Shown: positions 38,457 to 51,233, counted from the first letter of the whole stretch. The stretch is 63,917 nucleotides of DNA, filler included, from Rhabdomonas costata (GCA_019059605.1; 35 parts of 35 records of this genome joined end to end with filler, not necessarily neighbours in it), one strand, 5' to 3'. Numbers and translations are program-made. Notes: generated from the letters alone by a model not told the origin.

Positions 38457-39161
38457 CTGTTCAAGGGCGTCGCCAGCTCTGTCACCAGCTTTGCCATAAC
38501 GAACTGCGTCTCATTTGGGCTGTTCACCACAATCCAACAAGCCCTGCGAGCGGCCTTGATTCCTGGCCATGCTGCGGAGGCAGGCATAGTTCAAATCCTC
38601 GTCTTCGCCACGGTGGCCGGAGGCTTCACGGGCTTCTGCAACTCCTTCATCACAACTCCGATGGAGTTTGTGAAGGTTCAGATGCAACTGGACAGTGTCT
38701 CAGCGGGCCGGTTTTCAGGATGCAGCGACTTCGCCGTGGACTGTGTGGTGAAGCATGGCCTGCTCACGCTTTACACGGGGGCTGTGGTAAACTTGGTGAG
38801 GGAGGTGGTCTGGGGGGCGGTCAACTTTGGGGTGTACGAAATCCTCCGGGCACCAGCCACTGGACAATATCTTCGGGGGCTTCCCTTTGCGGGGTTGCTG
38901 GGGACAGTTTTCGTCTGTGGAGGCATAAGTGGCGCTTGTGCCTGCCTTGCAAGCTTTCCCATGGACGCGATGAAGACACACGTGCAAGGCAGGCCGATTC
39001 AGGGGCGCAAGCCGCCGCTTGTGGAGGTGGTGCGGCAGCTGGCACGCCGTGGGCTTCGGGCGTTGTTCAGGGGGCTGGAGGTTTCGCTGGTGAGAAGTTT
39101 CGTGGTGGCATCGGTGCGATTCAGTATCTTTGAGTGTACAATGGCTCTTTTAACATCATAG
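38457..39161 (+). CDS. Mitochondrial carrier family (SLC25) protein, 5'-truncated, no introns in this span
   Basis: Two Px[DE]xx[KR] signatures (TPMEFVK, FPMDAMK) and LFKG / LYTG / LFRG motifs. Bases before ~38457 are a fold-back copy of 38506-38532. Confidence 0.92.
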   Translation: MFKGVASSVTSFAITNCVSFGLFTTIQQALRAALIPGHAAEAGIVQILVFATVAGGFTGFCNSFITTPMEFVKVQMQLDSVSAGRFSGCSDFAVDCVVKHGLLTLYTGAVVNLVREVVWGAVNFGVYEILRAPATGQYLRGLPFAGLLGTVFVCGGISGACACLASFPMDAMKTHVQGRPIQGRKPPLVEVVRQLARRGLRALFRGLEVSLVRSFVVASVRFSIFECTMALLTS

Positions 39162-40086
39162 GCCCCGAGAGGGCGATTCTTGTTGCATTGTGTGAGAGCA
39201 TCATGGAGTGGCCGATGAATCATTTGCTCGTCATCATGCTCTCGACTTTTCACTCAAACACAAGCGCAAGGGGAGAACGCGGAGGTGCACATGGTACATT
39301 GGAACAAGCGAGGATCAAAGGGGTCGTCACGAATGACGCAAACCTTCACAAGAGAAAAGCGTGTCAATGTCATGCGCAAAACGGTTTCTGTCCCCAGTCC
39401 TCGCACAAAAGTTATGCTAGTCTCTTTTCAAGGTTAGGTGAACCCGCAGTGCGCAGCTGTGCGGGTTTCTTGATTAGTGTTAGTTAATGACTGTCTGTTT
39501 AGCACTGTGGGTCTTCGTCACTGCTAGAAGGCTAGACCAAACTTCTCTTTTGCTACCTAATCCCATAGGTTTGATATAATATTCTTTTTATGTTTGTATG
39601 GCACCAAGCGACGGACAGCACTCCTGTGCGAAGCTCACTGCTGATTTCTCGGTGCGATGGTATTTGTAGCCTTCTACTTTTTTTTTCGCCCTTGTGTGTT
39701 TGAATTCGTTGGACAGTGCTTTGAGAGGAAGAGATTGGTAACTCTGAGCAGCAATGGAGGCTTCCGGTGATGTGCCGTTCTCGGCTGACTACTTGGAGAA
39801 CCTGGACGATGAAACTGTGGAGAGATTGCTGCATGGTATGTGATGGACTTTTTCCTTATAGCTGATCATTTTGCGGTGTGTTGGAGGATATGTTTTCGTC
39901 GAATCTGGACTTTGTCGGATGGTGGGGCGTGTGGTGGGTTGATAGCTGCATCAGCGCTGAACTCCCAACTTCGCTATGACGAGCATCTCATGCACGCTGC
40001 GGCTTTGCCCGGCCCTGCGACAAGGTTAGTGCATGTTGATCGCACGTGCCTACCCCCCACCCCCTTCTGGATTTTTTTGGCAAGAT

Positions 40087-40155
40087 ATGATGAAGACACC
40101 CCGTTTTGGAGATCGCTTGATCACGGACAGATTATTCATTCGACAAGTTATACTG
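40087..40155 (+). ncRNA. Candidate box C/D snoRNA
   Basis: Box C ATGATGA (40087-40093); box D CTG[A] cut by the gap; ~70 nt; guide ATTCGACAAGTTAT just upstream of box D. Confidence 0.4.
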
Positions 40156-40405
40156 NNNNNNNNNNNNNNNNNNNNNNNNNNNNNNNNNNNNNNNNNNNNT
40201 TAATTAATTAANNNNNNNNNNNNNNNNNNNNNNNNNNNNNNNNNNNNNNNNNNNNTATTCTTTATGTATGACGGTTGTCGCACAGTTTCTTTCTTGGGCT
40301 CAACGTCATCCGCGTATTCCCCTTCACAGTGCTTTGCTTGAAGTCCACCTTTGTCCTGTCACTTTCGATCAGACCAGTTTCTGGGCTTTTTTTTTTCGTT
40401 TCTAG

Positions 40406-40926
40406 GGGCGGGATTTAATGACTTCTGGGATGGTGCCCAGGAGGCTGGGGTGAACGATTCGGTTACCAACATCATGTGGGCCATCAAAGAATTGGTCGAG
40501 CGCGGAGCCCGGGACGTCTTGGTCCTTGGGGAACTTCCGATGCAGCATGCCCCGCTGTATGACCCTCTGGTGGCTCCAGGCCAGAACAATCCCTCGTGCG
40601 AGGGAAACTATGCCTTCCTCGATGTGGGGGCCACCGTGGGGCCTCAGATCACGGCATTTAACCGGGCGCTGGAGGCGGCGATTGCGCGGATGGCTCTGGC
40701 GGACCCCGGGGTTTCTCTGCGGTTCTTCGACACGGCCTCCTTCTTTGAGGACGTGGTTCAGTTGGGGCTGTTTGCGAACACGTCGTACCCGTGGTATTCG
40801 ATCCGGTACGCTCACCCGATGGACGTGGGGAATTTCTTGTGGTGGGACCTGGCTCACCCTACGGCGCGCTTCCACAAGCTTCTTGGGGAGGCTGTGCTGC
40901 GGGTGCTGCGGGAGTCGTGGCTTTGA
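40406..40926 (+). CDS. GDSL/SGNH hydrolase, last exon
   Basis: Block III GxND (GAGFND), LVERGARDVLV, FNRAL, and block V DxxH (FLWWDLAHPT); polypyrimidine-AG acceptor at 40404-40405. Confidence 0.9.
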
Positions 40927-43700
40927 GCGTTTATGTGTTTGCAGGGGGTTTGAAGTCGCCCTTTGGCCTGCGCTGGGTTCGCTGAGTTGGGCCCCTGGTC
41001 TGCTCAGTTTTTATGCGATACGTTCCCTTCCACCCCCCGAGCCATGTTCTCGGACTAGCCCAGTGGATATGGGGTGGGACTCTCTTTTACAGTAACTGTA
41101 TTGCACTGTATTGCTTTGTGTATTGCAGGCTTTGGTTCTTGGCTGAGAGGCTCAGAATTCGGAAATTTGTGGGATTAGCTGTGAGTGATGTCTGGTGTTC
41201 AGCAGATCGAAGCCAAAACAATGCACTGAAGCGAATTCGCGAGGATGAAAGCGATTCAGGGACTCCGATAAATTGCAGAGGCACAGGACAAAGGCCCTTT
41301 CCTGGTTTTGTTACAATTCGTAGAAGTGCGCTTCGTGAAATGGGTTGTCACCCCTTGTCAAAAGACAAAGCAAAGCCATATCCAAGCCAAGGAAAAGACA
41401 AATTACAGAGGGTACAGAATAAAAACTGCAGGAAGAAACTAACCAAATCACATGGAAGGAGGAGGGGAGAAAGTTGGGTTTTCTTGAGCTCTCTTGCTCT
41501 AAGGCATGAAATCAGATGGGTGGAGGCATTGCCGTTAAATGCTCGCTGCCAGAGCATGACAAACAAACAAAGAGACTATTCCAGAAGCGACACGGACTAG
41601 TAGAGGCTCAAAATCGGTACTGAAAAGGACTCTAGCAAAACATTCACGCCTGCCGACGTAACTGAATAAAAAACACAGATTGTCCTGTGTCCGCTGTCAT
41701 AAAAGGCATACAGAAACATGGGCACAAGCAAATCCGAAAGCGGGAGGTATGCTTGTGCGCATGAGTGCATGTCCATGAGCTGTACAAGACCGAAAGTACC
41801 GGCCCCCTCCGGTGCCAACAAGCAGCACTGAGCACCGAGTAAAAAAAAGGCTGCCTATCATGATACCACCGCCTCCCCTCCCCCCGGGAGCCAACTCCCG
41901 CTAAGTCAAATGGATGGATGCTACAGAACGACAGAACGGACAGTTGATGTGGAAACCAGCAGAAAAATTGCACCACCCAACACNNNNNNNNNNNNNNNNN
42001 NNNNNNNNNNNNNNNNNNNNNNNNNNNTTAATTAATTAANNNNNNNNNNNNNNNNNNNNNNNNNNNNNNNNNNNNNNNNNNNNATGTTTTGTGGTGACTG
42101 CCACAACCCGCAAGTAGGAGCTTTCGAGGGCCTTGGAGCACAGATCGTACTGCCTCGTCATGCTGCTCCGCAACTCGACGTTTGTGGCAGGGAAACATAC
42201 TGTTTCTGGACATACTTCCGAAAGAACCCGTGGATACTCGGTTGTTCCAACTTTGACAGAGGGATTCTGCGACTAGATCATCCCTAATTTCGTTGATGGC
42301 GCGGCGTGCGGTGAAGTTCTGATTTAGAGCCATCTGCGGGCATTGGGATGAAGGTAGAGGTGCAGTTTCGGTTTCGGGCTCAAAAGCAGCAGGTTAAGGT
42401 GGCTCCGAGGCAACCTGGGACTCAGCCACCGTGAAGGAACGTTTATTTTTCAGTGGCCACCGGTCAAAGCGTTGCAATTTACTCCTTAATTGACAGTTTT
42501 CTTCTCTGCCGCAGGCATCGCCGTGGTTTCGTCAGAACCGTTTCCCTCTGCAACAGCAACGCTGACCAGTGGCAACGGGCGCTGACACTGTCAAAAAGCG
42601 CAAACTTGCGCCTCGTTGTCATTGGTCACTCACACGAGCAGCACCAAGAAAAAGGTGATATTTCTGCACTGACCATATAGGAGGCAATAAAGACGGTAAA
42701 CAGGACCCGCCGAATTTTGTTTGTGACTGGCCTGGGGTGCAAGGACCAGCGCGCAGCCGTTTCCTGTACTTCGGCTTAAGCCCCACCCTTCACTCCAATT
42801 TGTTACCTAAACGCCACTGCTTCTATCCTAACAAAACCACAAACTGAACCAGCAAAAGAAAAAAAATGCTAAAAAGCGGGAAAATATGGACTAAAATGCG
42901 AAGCGAAGCAGAGGTCGAAATTGCGAAAATTTGTTTAAAATTGTTTATTTTGCAGGTTGCCCTTTTTTCCCAGCCCTGCCCCCATTTTGCCCCTTTAATT
43001 TAATGAGAGAATTAATGTTTGGTCCCGTGGTTGCCATGTTTTTCCTGCACTCCCCTCCTATACACACTGGGTCATTCTTTGTAGCCTCACCTCTACCCTC
43101 ACCCACACACGTCTCCTTTAGCAACTTCTGGCTTGTCTCTCTTTCTTGTTCCTTGTGTGTTTTTGCTGTTTGCTATTTGCCGTTTGCACGTGGGTCTTTC
43201 ACTGAACAGTGGTAACGCTGTGCCGTGAACCTCTTTGTGAAAAAAAAATGTCATTCACTTGTGTTTTGGTCGCCTGCCTTGCTCGTTTTCACTTTATCTC
43301 GTTCGCTCGTTCCTTTGTTATTCATTGTTTCCTTCGGAAACTTTTGTTTTCTCCCCGCACGCACTGCAGAACAGCACAGAAAGCACATTCCCGGGAAAAA
43401 AGAAGCAGCTAGCAGCAAGTTCATGCTGTATGCAGAAAGCGTGACACGGACAAAAACGAAACGAAGTTGGGGCGCAGCCGGTCCCCCCTCTCTTTTTCCA
43501 GTTCAATAAAATGGGTCTGATTCAAAAACGGCCTCAAAAAGTACCAAGTTGGGGCCAGATTGAACTCTTCCCGATTTCCTTCTTGCGTGCACAGATGCGC
43601 AAGAGGCTATGAATCTGCCAGTGTGTTCAACTCAGTACTGTGAGGGTCCCTCAAGTCAAGAGTGTACCTCAAGCGATGCTCCGATCCAGCTCCGGTTCGG

Positions 43701-43810
43701 GGGGCGATGAGAGAACTCAAACAGTTAATAGGATGCCCCCACACCCAAAGAAGTCTACGGGTAAGATAGAGGGGGCATCCTATTAACTGTTTGAGTTCTC
43801 TCATCGCCCC
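43701..43810. other. Contig-terminal fold-back, 40-bp perfect arms
   Basis: 43701-43740 pairs with 43771-43810, which ends exactly at the gap. Confidence 0.75.
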
Positions 43811-43910
43811 NNNNNNNNNNNNNNNNNNNNNNNNNNNNNNNNNNNNNNNNNNNNTTAATTAATTAANNNNNNNNNNNNNNNNNNNNNNNNNNNNNNNNNN
43901 NNNNNNNNNN

Positions 43911-45132
43911 GGCTTCAGGTCACACAGGAAGGGCACACGGTCGGAAACTTTCTGGAAGTCGTCAATGGTCAGCGACACGCCGATCGCGCGCGCCATCGCA
44001 ATCAGGTGCAGCACCGCATTGGTGGAGCCACCTGGGGGACCGGGAAGTCGCAAGAGGTGTTTGAAAAGGAAAACCGCACAAGCAGGGTTAATTAACAATT
44101 CTGCAAAACGCACAAAGTGCTATTTTGGGAACAAACCAGTGCAACCCTGTTTTCGTGTGGAGCAATGAGGAGCTTTTCTTGCGCCGACTGTTTGTTGGGC
44201 TTGATTCACCTCGACTAAAAATCGAGTCCTTTCGGTTTTGTGGAGGCACAAAGGAAATGCGATGGGATATACATGTATATGTGTATTGCTCAGGACCTGT
44301 GACCATGACCATCACCATGGCATTCTCGAAGGCCTCCCGGGTCATGATGTCCTTGGGGCGAATGTTCTTCTCGAGCATGTAGCGAATCGCCTTGCCTGCG
44401 CAGCAGACAGAGAGAGAGAAACCAGGTGTGCAGAGTGCATGGGTGTGAGGACAAAGGACAGAAAACCACGCACGCGACGAAAAACGAGTCCGCTGTCCAA
44501 AAGCAAGAACCCACTTCAGGAACCCACGTCTTGGAAACTCCCACCCTATGACACAGTTAAACCCCAAAAATTCTAACCTGTACAGTGAAAAAGGGTCAAT
44601 CAAGACCGTTCTGTTAGTTCCCTGAGTTGCCTGAACACCTGTTCCCATCGAAAGACGATGCTCACCCCATTCTGCGACACGTAAAAGACCGATAGGTCAC
44701 ACCCTGGAAAAGTGTGCACACAACCACGCAGTATGACATCCACGGGACGACGTTTGTCGACGATCCGTCCTTTTTCTACTGAAAGCCGTAAGGTCAAAAA
44801 GTCCACTCATCTGACATTTCAGTCTTCGCAAAAGCCATTCCAGTTCCCAATCTGGCCGTGGGGTTGCGCAGCCAATAGCTCGCGTTAAGAGATGACTGAC
44901 AAATGCGACTGTGAGTGACAAGGTGCGCGTTCGGGCAATGGTGTGTGTGGGGGTGCACCTGCGTCGAGGCACTCCTGAATCTTCTCCTTGGACTCCGCAG
45001 GGCTGGAGGAGGAGTACGGCAGGGTCATCCCCAAGGTCTCGATGGCCGTGGCCATGGTGTTCGCAGTGTACATCCCACCGCAGGCCCCGCTGCCGGGGCA
45101 GGAGTGCCGAACAACGTCCGCGCGCTGCTCCT
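43911..45132 (-). CDS. ilvD: Dihydroxy-acid dehydratase, partial; exons 44959-45132, 44297-44395, 43911-44031
   Basis: [16 protein letters not shown]...[40 protein letters not shown]...[13 protein letters not shown] introns in phase. Confidence 0.97.
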
Positions 45133-45842
45133 CTGAGGTGAAAGAGGGGAGCACACCCAAAATACCACCCGGAGCTTCCACTGTGTGTGTGTGCACCAAA
45201 CAAAAGGAGCCACTCAAATTCAAACAACGCATTCCTCCCGCACTCTCCAAATTCTTTTAAGTGTTATGATCACAAACCTGCCCTTGTCATCAGCGCACGC
45301 CAAAAAGATTTTGACAGAGAGGGTCCGGTGAACTTCGTTAAAATTTCAGATCGTTAAAATTGTCCCACGCACCCCACGACTGCACCTCTGCAAAAACTTC
45401 ATTTCAGTCCAAGGAAAGAAGCGCGTCGCCACCTCCGCCATTGCAGTACTTCTGTTGGGATATCCTAACCCGGTGTCAAACTCCCCTTTGACGCCCGGGA
45501 GAGTTTGTGAGACGTTTAAAACCGTTCAACGTCCAACGCCCATTAGATGGGCACCCCCCCCCATATTGTACATACCCCGAGAAATGAACTCGAATATTCG
45601 CATACTTCGACATGAAGGATCTTTTCTGCCACCAACCCNNNNNNNNNNNNNNNNNNNNNNNNNNNNNNNNNNNNNNNNNNNNTTAATTAATTAANNNNNN
45701 NNNNNNNNNNNNNNNNNNNNNNNNNNNNNNNNNNNNNNGGTTGTGGGGGGGTGTATCACGTATTGGGCATCTGCGCTAGATGGCTTTTCGGCAGATACCC
45801 ATTGCCAAGTTCATTTTCGTTGTCACTTGTTTTTTTTTGCAG

Positions 45843-47350
45843 GTCATCGTGGACAGTGGAGTGAGCTCCAAAGGAATACTGGCCACGGCACAGTATTTTC
45901 AAGTACAAGGCGTGATCGACTACTTCCAAAGTATCCCGTTGCGTTTTGTAAGTTCACCAGTTCGCTTGAGGGTGAAGATCTTGTGCGGTTTTTGTGGTTT
46001 TTGTGGGGAGCTCTGTGTATGGTCTGACCATTCCAGAAGGCAGGAAACAGAGTCGCGTTTTTGTATCAATTTATTGGCACTCGTTTATTGTGTGTGTGTG
46101 TGTGTGTGTGTGTGTTTGGGTTCGGAAGTGCAACAGGGGAGAAATCGAGCCTTCTCCTTTTTCTTGGCAAAACTCCATATCATCACCGTTATCGAATACT
46201 GTGTCCATTCATATCTACCCATCCGCACGCGGTCCTAACGTCTTCTTTTCTCAGTGAAGCAGTTCTGCAACTGGTCTTCCGTTTTCTCAGATGACCGCAG
46301 GCAAGCCCTCTTTTCTTGGGGAAGCGGTGGCAGTGGCGAGCTGGGAACCCAGGACAAGAATGACGCCTTGACCCCCATCAAGGTGGAGGTCGTGCCCCCC
46401 ACGACTTATGTCATCGAGGTCGCTCTGGGTGCCAACTACAGCTGCGTGCTGACAAGTGTGTGCAAGGGCCCTGTTGTAGGGTGCTTTTGCTCGCGCAGGA
46501 ATGTTATGCAGTGGTTGCAACTTTTCTCCATTCACAGACAACGGGAAGGTTTACGGCTTTGGCAATGGGGACTGGGGTCAACTTGGCGTGGGAAATCCAA
46601 AGAACTTCCACGAGAAAGCTGATGACAAAACTCCCATTGTGACGGTGCCCACCGTTCTGCCCAAGCTGCTTGGCCACAAGGTCTGCATTTATTTATAGCT
46701 TCTGCTTTCTCTGCCCAATCTCTCGGAATTAGAGGGAGACAAGACAGCTGGCAATGCACCATTTGTCGAGTCCTTTCTTGGGAGTGCGGTGGAGTTGCAG
46801 GGGACTGGGACTTTGGGTGCACCTACTGTCCAAGTGGTGGAGGGCTAAATGAGCGGCTTCGGTATTTATTTCTATGTCCAAGAGCCAGAGCCCCGTTTGC
46901 ACCCCAGGTCACCTCGATTGCGGCGGGGTATGCCTACGCCATGGCTCTCACCGAGGACTTCCAGGCTTTCTTCTGGGGCAACAACAACCACGGGCAAAGC
47001 GGCCTGGGGGTTGAACGCTTCGGGCAGGTATGCAACCCCGTGATACATCTCCCTTTTCCACCCTGGAAGGAACTGGGAATTCGTTCATTGTTCAACTCAT
47101 TCTCCGCTCTGTTGCTTTCCAACGAATGGTGGTGTAATTCATCACAATCACTCGCGTGACAATGTTGAGCCTTCCTCCTCCTGAACAGGAATTTCAGAAA
47201 ATCTTTGCGGGTTCTGGAGTAAAGTCAGGAGACTCTCCTCTTTTCTCTTAGTCATATCGCAAGATTGAGGAGCCCACGCTGATTCCCTCACTTCTGGACA
47301 AGCAGATCATCCAAGTGGGCTGCGGAAGCTTCTTTGTCATCGCCCTCGCA
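45843..47350 (+). CDS. RCC1-repeat protein with a probable preceding BTB/POZ domain, partial; five exons (~45843-45930, 46290-46455, 46538-46680, 46908-47027, 47252-47351)
   Basis: Repeats LFSWGSGGSGELG, VALGANYSCVL, VYGFGNGDWGQLG, IAAGYAYAMAL, FFWGNNNHGQSG, QVGCGSFF. First exon ends ILATAQYFQVQGVIDY, which resembles a BTB C-terminus. Confidence 0.88.
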
Positions 47351-47569
47351 AGTCTGTTTCATTCATTCTTTTTTTCTTACGTTTGCTGTTGCGATGTTAT
47401 GCTTTCCATTGAAGTTGTTCTGCTATTGCATCTCTGTTTTTGGATTATGCCAGACTTAACACCAACANNNNNNNNNNNNNNNNNNNNNNNNNNNNNNNNN
47501 NNNNNNNNNNNTTAATTAATTAANNNNNNNNNNNNNNNNNNNNNNNNNNNNNNNNNNNNNNNNNNNNTG

Positions 47570-47772
47570 TTTTGGGTACTTCTCTGTTCTCTGTTCGGTT
47601 TTGAAGTGAAGTGGACAAATTGTGTAGAAGCGCAGGAGACTCTGCCCGGACCCCGGACGAGCATACGGAGGGACTGTCAAAGCGATAAAGGTCAGGGCAG
47701 AGTCTCCTGCGCTTCTACACAATTTGTCCACTTCACTTCAAAACCGAACAGAGAACAGAGAAGTGCCCAAAA
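47570..47772. other. Contig-terminal fold-back, ~78-bp arms
   Basis: 47570-47647 pairs with ~47695-47772 with one mismatch; begins at the contig start. Confidence 0.75.
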
Positions 47773-48277
47773 GCAAAGTTTTCAGACTTAAGGCGAAAAC
47801 ATTGAGAAAACATGAAAAATCAGGAATATATGCTAACTGCCTTGCGCCCTTGTTTCTGATTGGGTGTCAAAAATTCTCACTTTTAACGTGAAGCGGGCCA
47901 TGTTTTCTGAATACTGAGAAACAAGGGCCGACAAGTCGAAGCGCAGCAGACGCATCGTAAGAGCACAAACTAAATGTATCAACGAACATGCCGAACAGCT
48001 TTCGGTTGCAGCAGGCGTACACGGTTTTTTGTTTACTCGTTGGAAGCGTCAAGATGCGGCAGAGGGGGGGGGGTGGCTCGAGCAATTGTGTCTGCTCAGG
48101 CAGCTAAAAAGCACTCTTTGGGCTCTTTGCACTCCTTGGTTCAGTGGTCGCTGAAATTCCGTGTCAGCTGCAATCGCCACTCTTGCCATGCTTTCGCCCT
48201 ATCTTTAACCATTGTCCAATGTGGAAAACCGGCGGTTGTCACCAGCATACAGTTCTCAGCTAGACTCGACTAAATCT

Positions 48278-48298
48278 CCCTAACCCTAACCCTAACCC
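48278..48298 (-). repeat. Short interstitial telomere-type repeat (TTAGGG)3.5
   Basis: CCCTAACCCTAACCCTAACCC on the + strand. Confidence 0.7.
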
Positions 48299-49725
48299 GC
48301 TCCCCCAAAGGTGCTTCGCAACCCAAGCTTCAGGAAATGTCATGCCACATCGTCGTAACATCCGAAGGAACAAAAGGCCAAGAACGCGTACCCTTGTATG
48401 CGTCGCACACGATGAGATTGCCTGCTTTGTCGAAGTGCAGCGCTAGCGGGCGCCCACAAACAGGCTCCATCTCCAGGCTGCCACAGCTCGGGAGCTCGGG
48501 ACCCGTGCGGGTGAAAACCTCGAAAGACTTCGCATCCTAAGTGTGGGCATATGCAAACAGCCACGCCTATCCACGCCATCAACCAAGCACTTCGAGCAAA
48601 AGCGGTTTCTCAAAGTGCGGTGTCGGGCTCACATCAACAACCACATTAACAATTTATTCTACCCTAACAGTGGAGCACGGGAACTGGAACAAAGCACTCC
48701 ACGGCGCTGAACTCGAACAGAAGAGTGGGAGAAGGCTTGGAAGGTGTGGCCAACACCTCTTTGAAGCGAATGATTCGGCCGTCAGTAAGCCCTGCAAGAC
48801 AGACAGAGATGGAAAATCAAAGGGGGAAGGGAGCGTTCGCATGGATTTATCTGCGAACGAGCTCCTTTCGATCCAATTGTGAATCATTGACATTGACAAC
48901 TTCTTCAAAGTGTTGAAAATTTTTCAAAAATCAGGTGCAGCGAAGCTAATCAACTAAATTGCTCAAAAGAAAGGAAGCCGAGGAGGGCGGTCAAAGTTTT
49001 GATTCTTACAGCCAAACGTCAACCAATAAGTTCTATGTCCGGGAGGGACGTGAAGCAGAGACTCTTTTTTTACATTTTTTTGGCACGAGTATTTCCAAAA
49101 AAAGAATTGCAGACTTTTCTTTATACAATCTTTTCATGCACAATTTTTCCTTTGAGAATAAAATATATAATACAGTCCCGCAGTCATGGGGCACCAAAGA
49201 CTGATTTCAAATTATTTTTAGATATACCAACGCATGCGTGTAGCACAAATGACGTCAAAGTTAGGCGCTAGTGCATTTATGCCCCCCCCCCGGTANNNNN
49301 NNNNNNNNNNNNNNNNNNNNNNNNNNNNNNNNNNNNNNNTTAATTAATTAANNNNNNNNNNNNNNNNNNNNNNNNNNNNNNNNNNNNNNNNNNNNGGGGT
49401 GTGTGCACAATCTTAAACTTCTCACCGCTGACCTTACGCTTCTGGCCATCACGGCCACAAACCGATTGCAGCTACTAGAACCATTCAAGCAGGTGTATCG
49501 CCGCAACGCAGAAGGAGCTGAACAATTGTAAAAATCACAATATCACAATCTTGCACAAACTCGGCCGAAATGAACCGCTATTCACGTCGGAGCTCATCTG
49601 GCCTCATAGGGGAAAACCTTGTGCCGGTGGTGCTGTTTCAGGCACCGCTGCTGCACATGGCGAAGGAGAGTGTGTAGGCGGGTCTGCACAGCACTCACCC
49701 GAGTGCTGTGGACATAGTGAATCAC

Positions 49726-50814
49726 CTCAGCAGCCGCTCTGTCCCTCAAGGCGTGCCAAAGAGTGGGCGTGCCGGGAGACGATCCGGACAGCGCTATTAG
49801 GCGGTCGTACGTTGACAGCCGGAACCTGAATCGCCCCCCCCCCCGCCAAAGGACATATCCATTACACCACCAATGACTGACCACTGAACTAATAGAGAAG
49901 ACGCACGATGTCTGTGGAGATAGAGTACCATCAAGTCAGGAGATAGCTCCACACAGGTGCCTGTTCAGGGAAAAAACCCAGGTTGCAGCTAGATAAAAAC
50001 GTTAGAGCGGGAGGTACCGTCCGTGACACCGAAACAGCCGGCATTTTTGGGCTGCAGATACTCAAATACCTAAATCGTACCAGAACTGGCGCAATTCATT
50101 TTACTACCACACACAAAACGCTGAGGAACAGTGATGGTGGATGGTGGATGGGGGCCATCGGGAGGGCCAGAGACTTGCAGAAGGTGGAGTTGACCCCGTT
50201 ACCGGGGTCCGTCAAGGGGTTCCCAGCGGGAGGGGGCCGTTTGTAGAACGACGAGCCCTGATCCAGGTAGATCAGCTGCGTGGGGATCTTCGAGCGAGTC
50301 TTGGGAGCTCCGCAGTGGTCCCGAGCGCAGCCCCCCACGACGTAAGTGTTTTTTGTTGAGCGGTCCGAGTTACCCAGCAGAAAGTCAAACACGTATAGAT
50401 CCGAAAGCTGAGGAGCCGCCTCGTGGGGCCGGTTGGAATACACAGAGTCCATCAGCGGGACCACGTCGAGCATCCACAGCTGCACAGACACCCCGATAAG
50501 CCTGAGCGATACACAGAGGGAAAAGGGCACATGACGGGGCTTATCGGATAAGAAGATAGGCAAAAGGCACCATTGTACCGTTCCCCATTGTTTGGGTCTC
50601 GCTTTATTACAGGCTGCACGTCGGGGTGCTCCAGCACAAACAGATTGACCCACTGGGCGTACATCGGGGGCATCACCGTCACGCAGGCCATGATCCACGT
50701 CACGGGGAGGTACACCCAGGCCGTGGGCGGCACCCGGTTCAGACCCAGCACGCGGTCCAGGTGGAAGGCAAGGTACTCTGCGTGGGGCTCGAACAGGAAC
50801 TTTTTCTGGGATAT
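49726..50814 (-). CDS. FAM20/FAM198/Four-jointed-like secretory-pathway kinase, partial; exons 50579-50814, 50175-50501, 49726-49825
   Basis: AEYLAFHLDRVLGLNRVPP, DLYVFDFLLGNSDR, LIYLDQGSSF and FCK|FRLSTYDRL correspond to FAM20C EIAAFHLDRIL / FDFLMGNMDR / LDNGRGF / CRIRKSTYLRL. Confidence 0.85.
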
Positions 50815-51233
50815 CTGTGGTGTGGGCCAGCCATGCGATCCCTCGGTTGGCGATCCATTCACTCAACACAAGGTGAATTCATGTGTGGGATTGCGGAGCA
50901 AAATGAAGACGCTTTTTCGATTGCTGCTACCATGCAATGGGGGGGAAGTGTGAGCGCAAGAATGAAGAATGAAGAGTTAACAATGGAGTAAACCAATCCG
51001 GTCCATCACCTCAACATATGCCATTTGAAGACCAAACGGATGCAATCTTTTAAGGTGGCTTCTGCAGTGACCCCGTTACAAAGGAATGGCACGTCAACAA
51101 CCCCACCCAAACACACCCACCACNNNNNNNNNNNNNNNNNNNNNNNNNNNNNNNNNNNNNNNNNNNNTTAATTAATTAANNNNNNNNNNNNNNNNNNNNN
51201 NNNNNNNNNNNNNNNNNNNNNNNTTGGTTTGTT

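Noticed and set aside
47570-47772. Long hairpin as pre-miRNA or foldback transposon (likewise 38168-38321, 43701-43810, 54685-54768)
   Set aside because: Contig-terminal, near-perfect, mutually unrelated and without TSDs.
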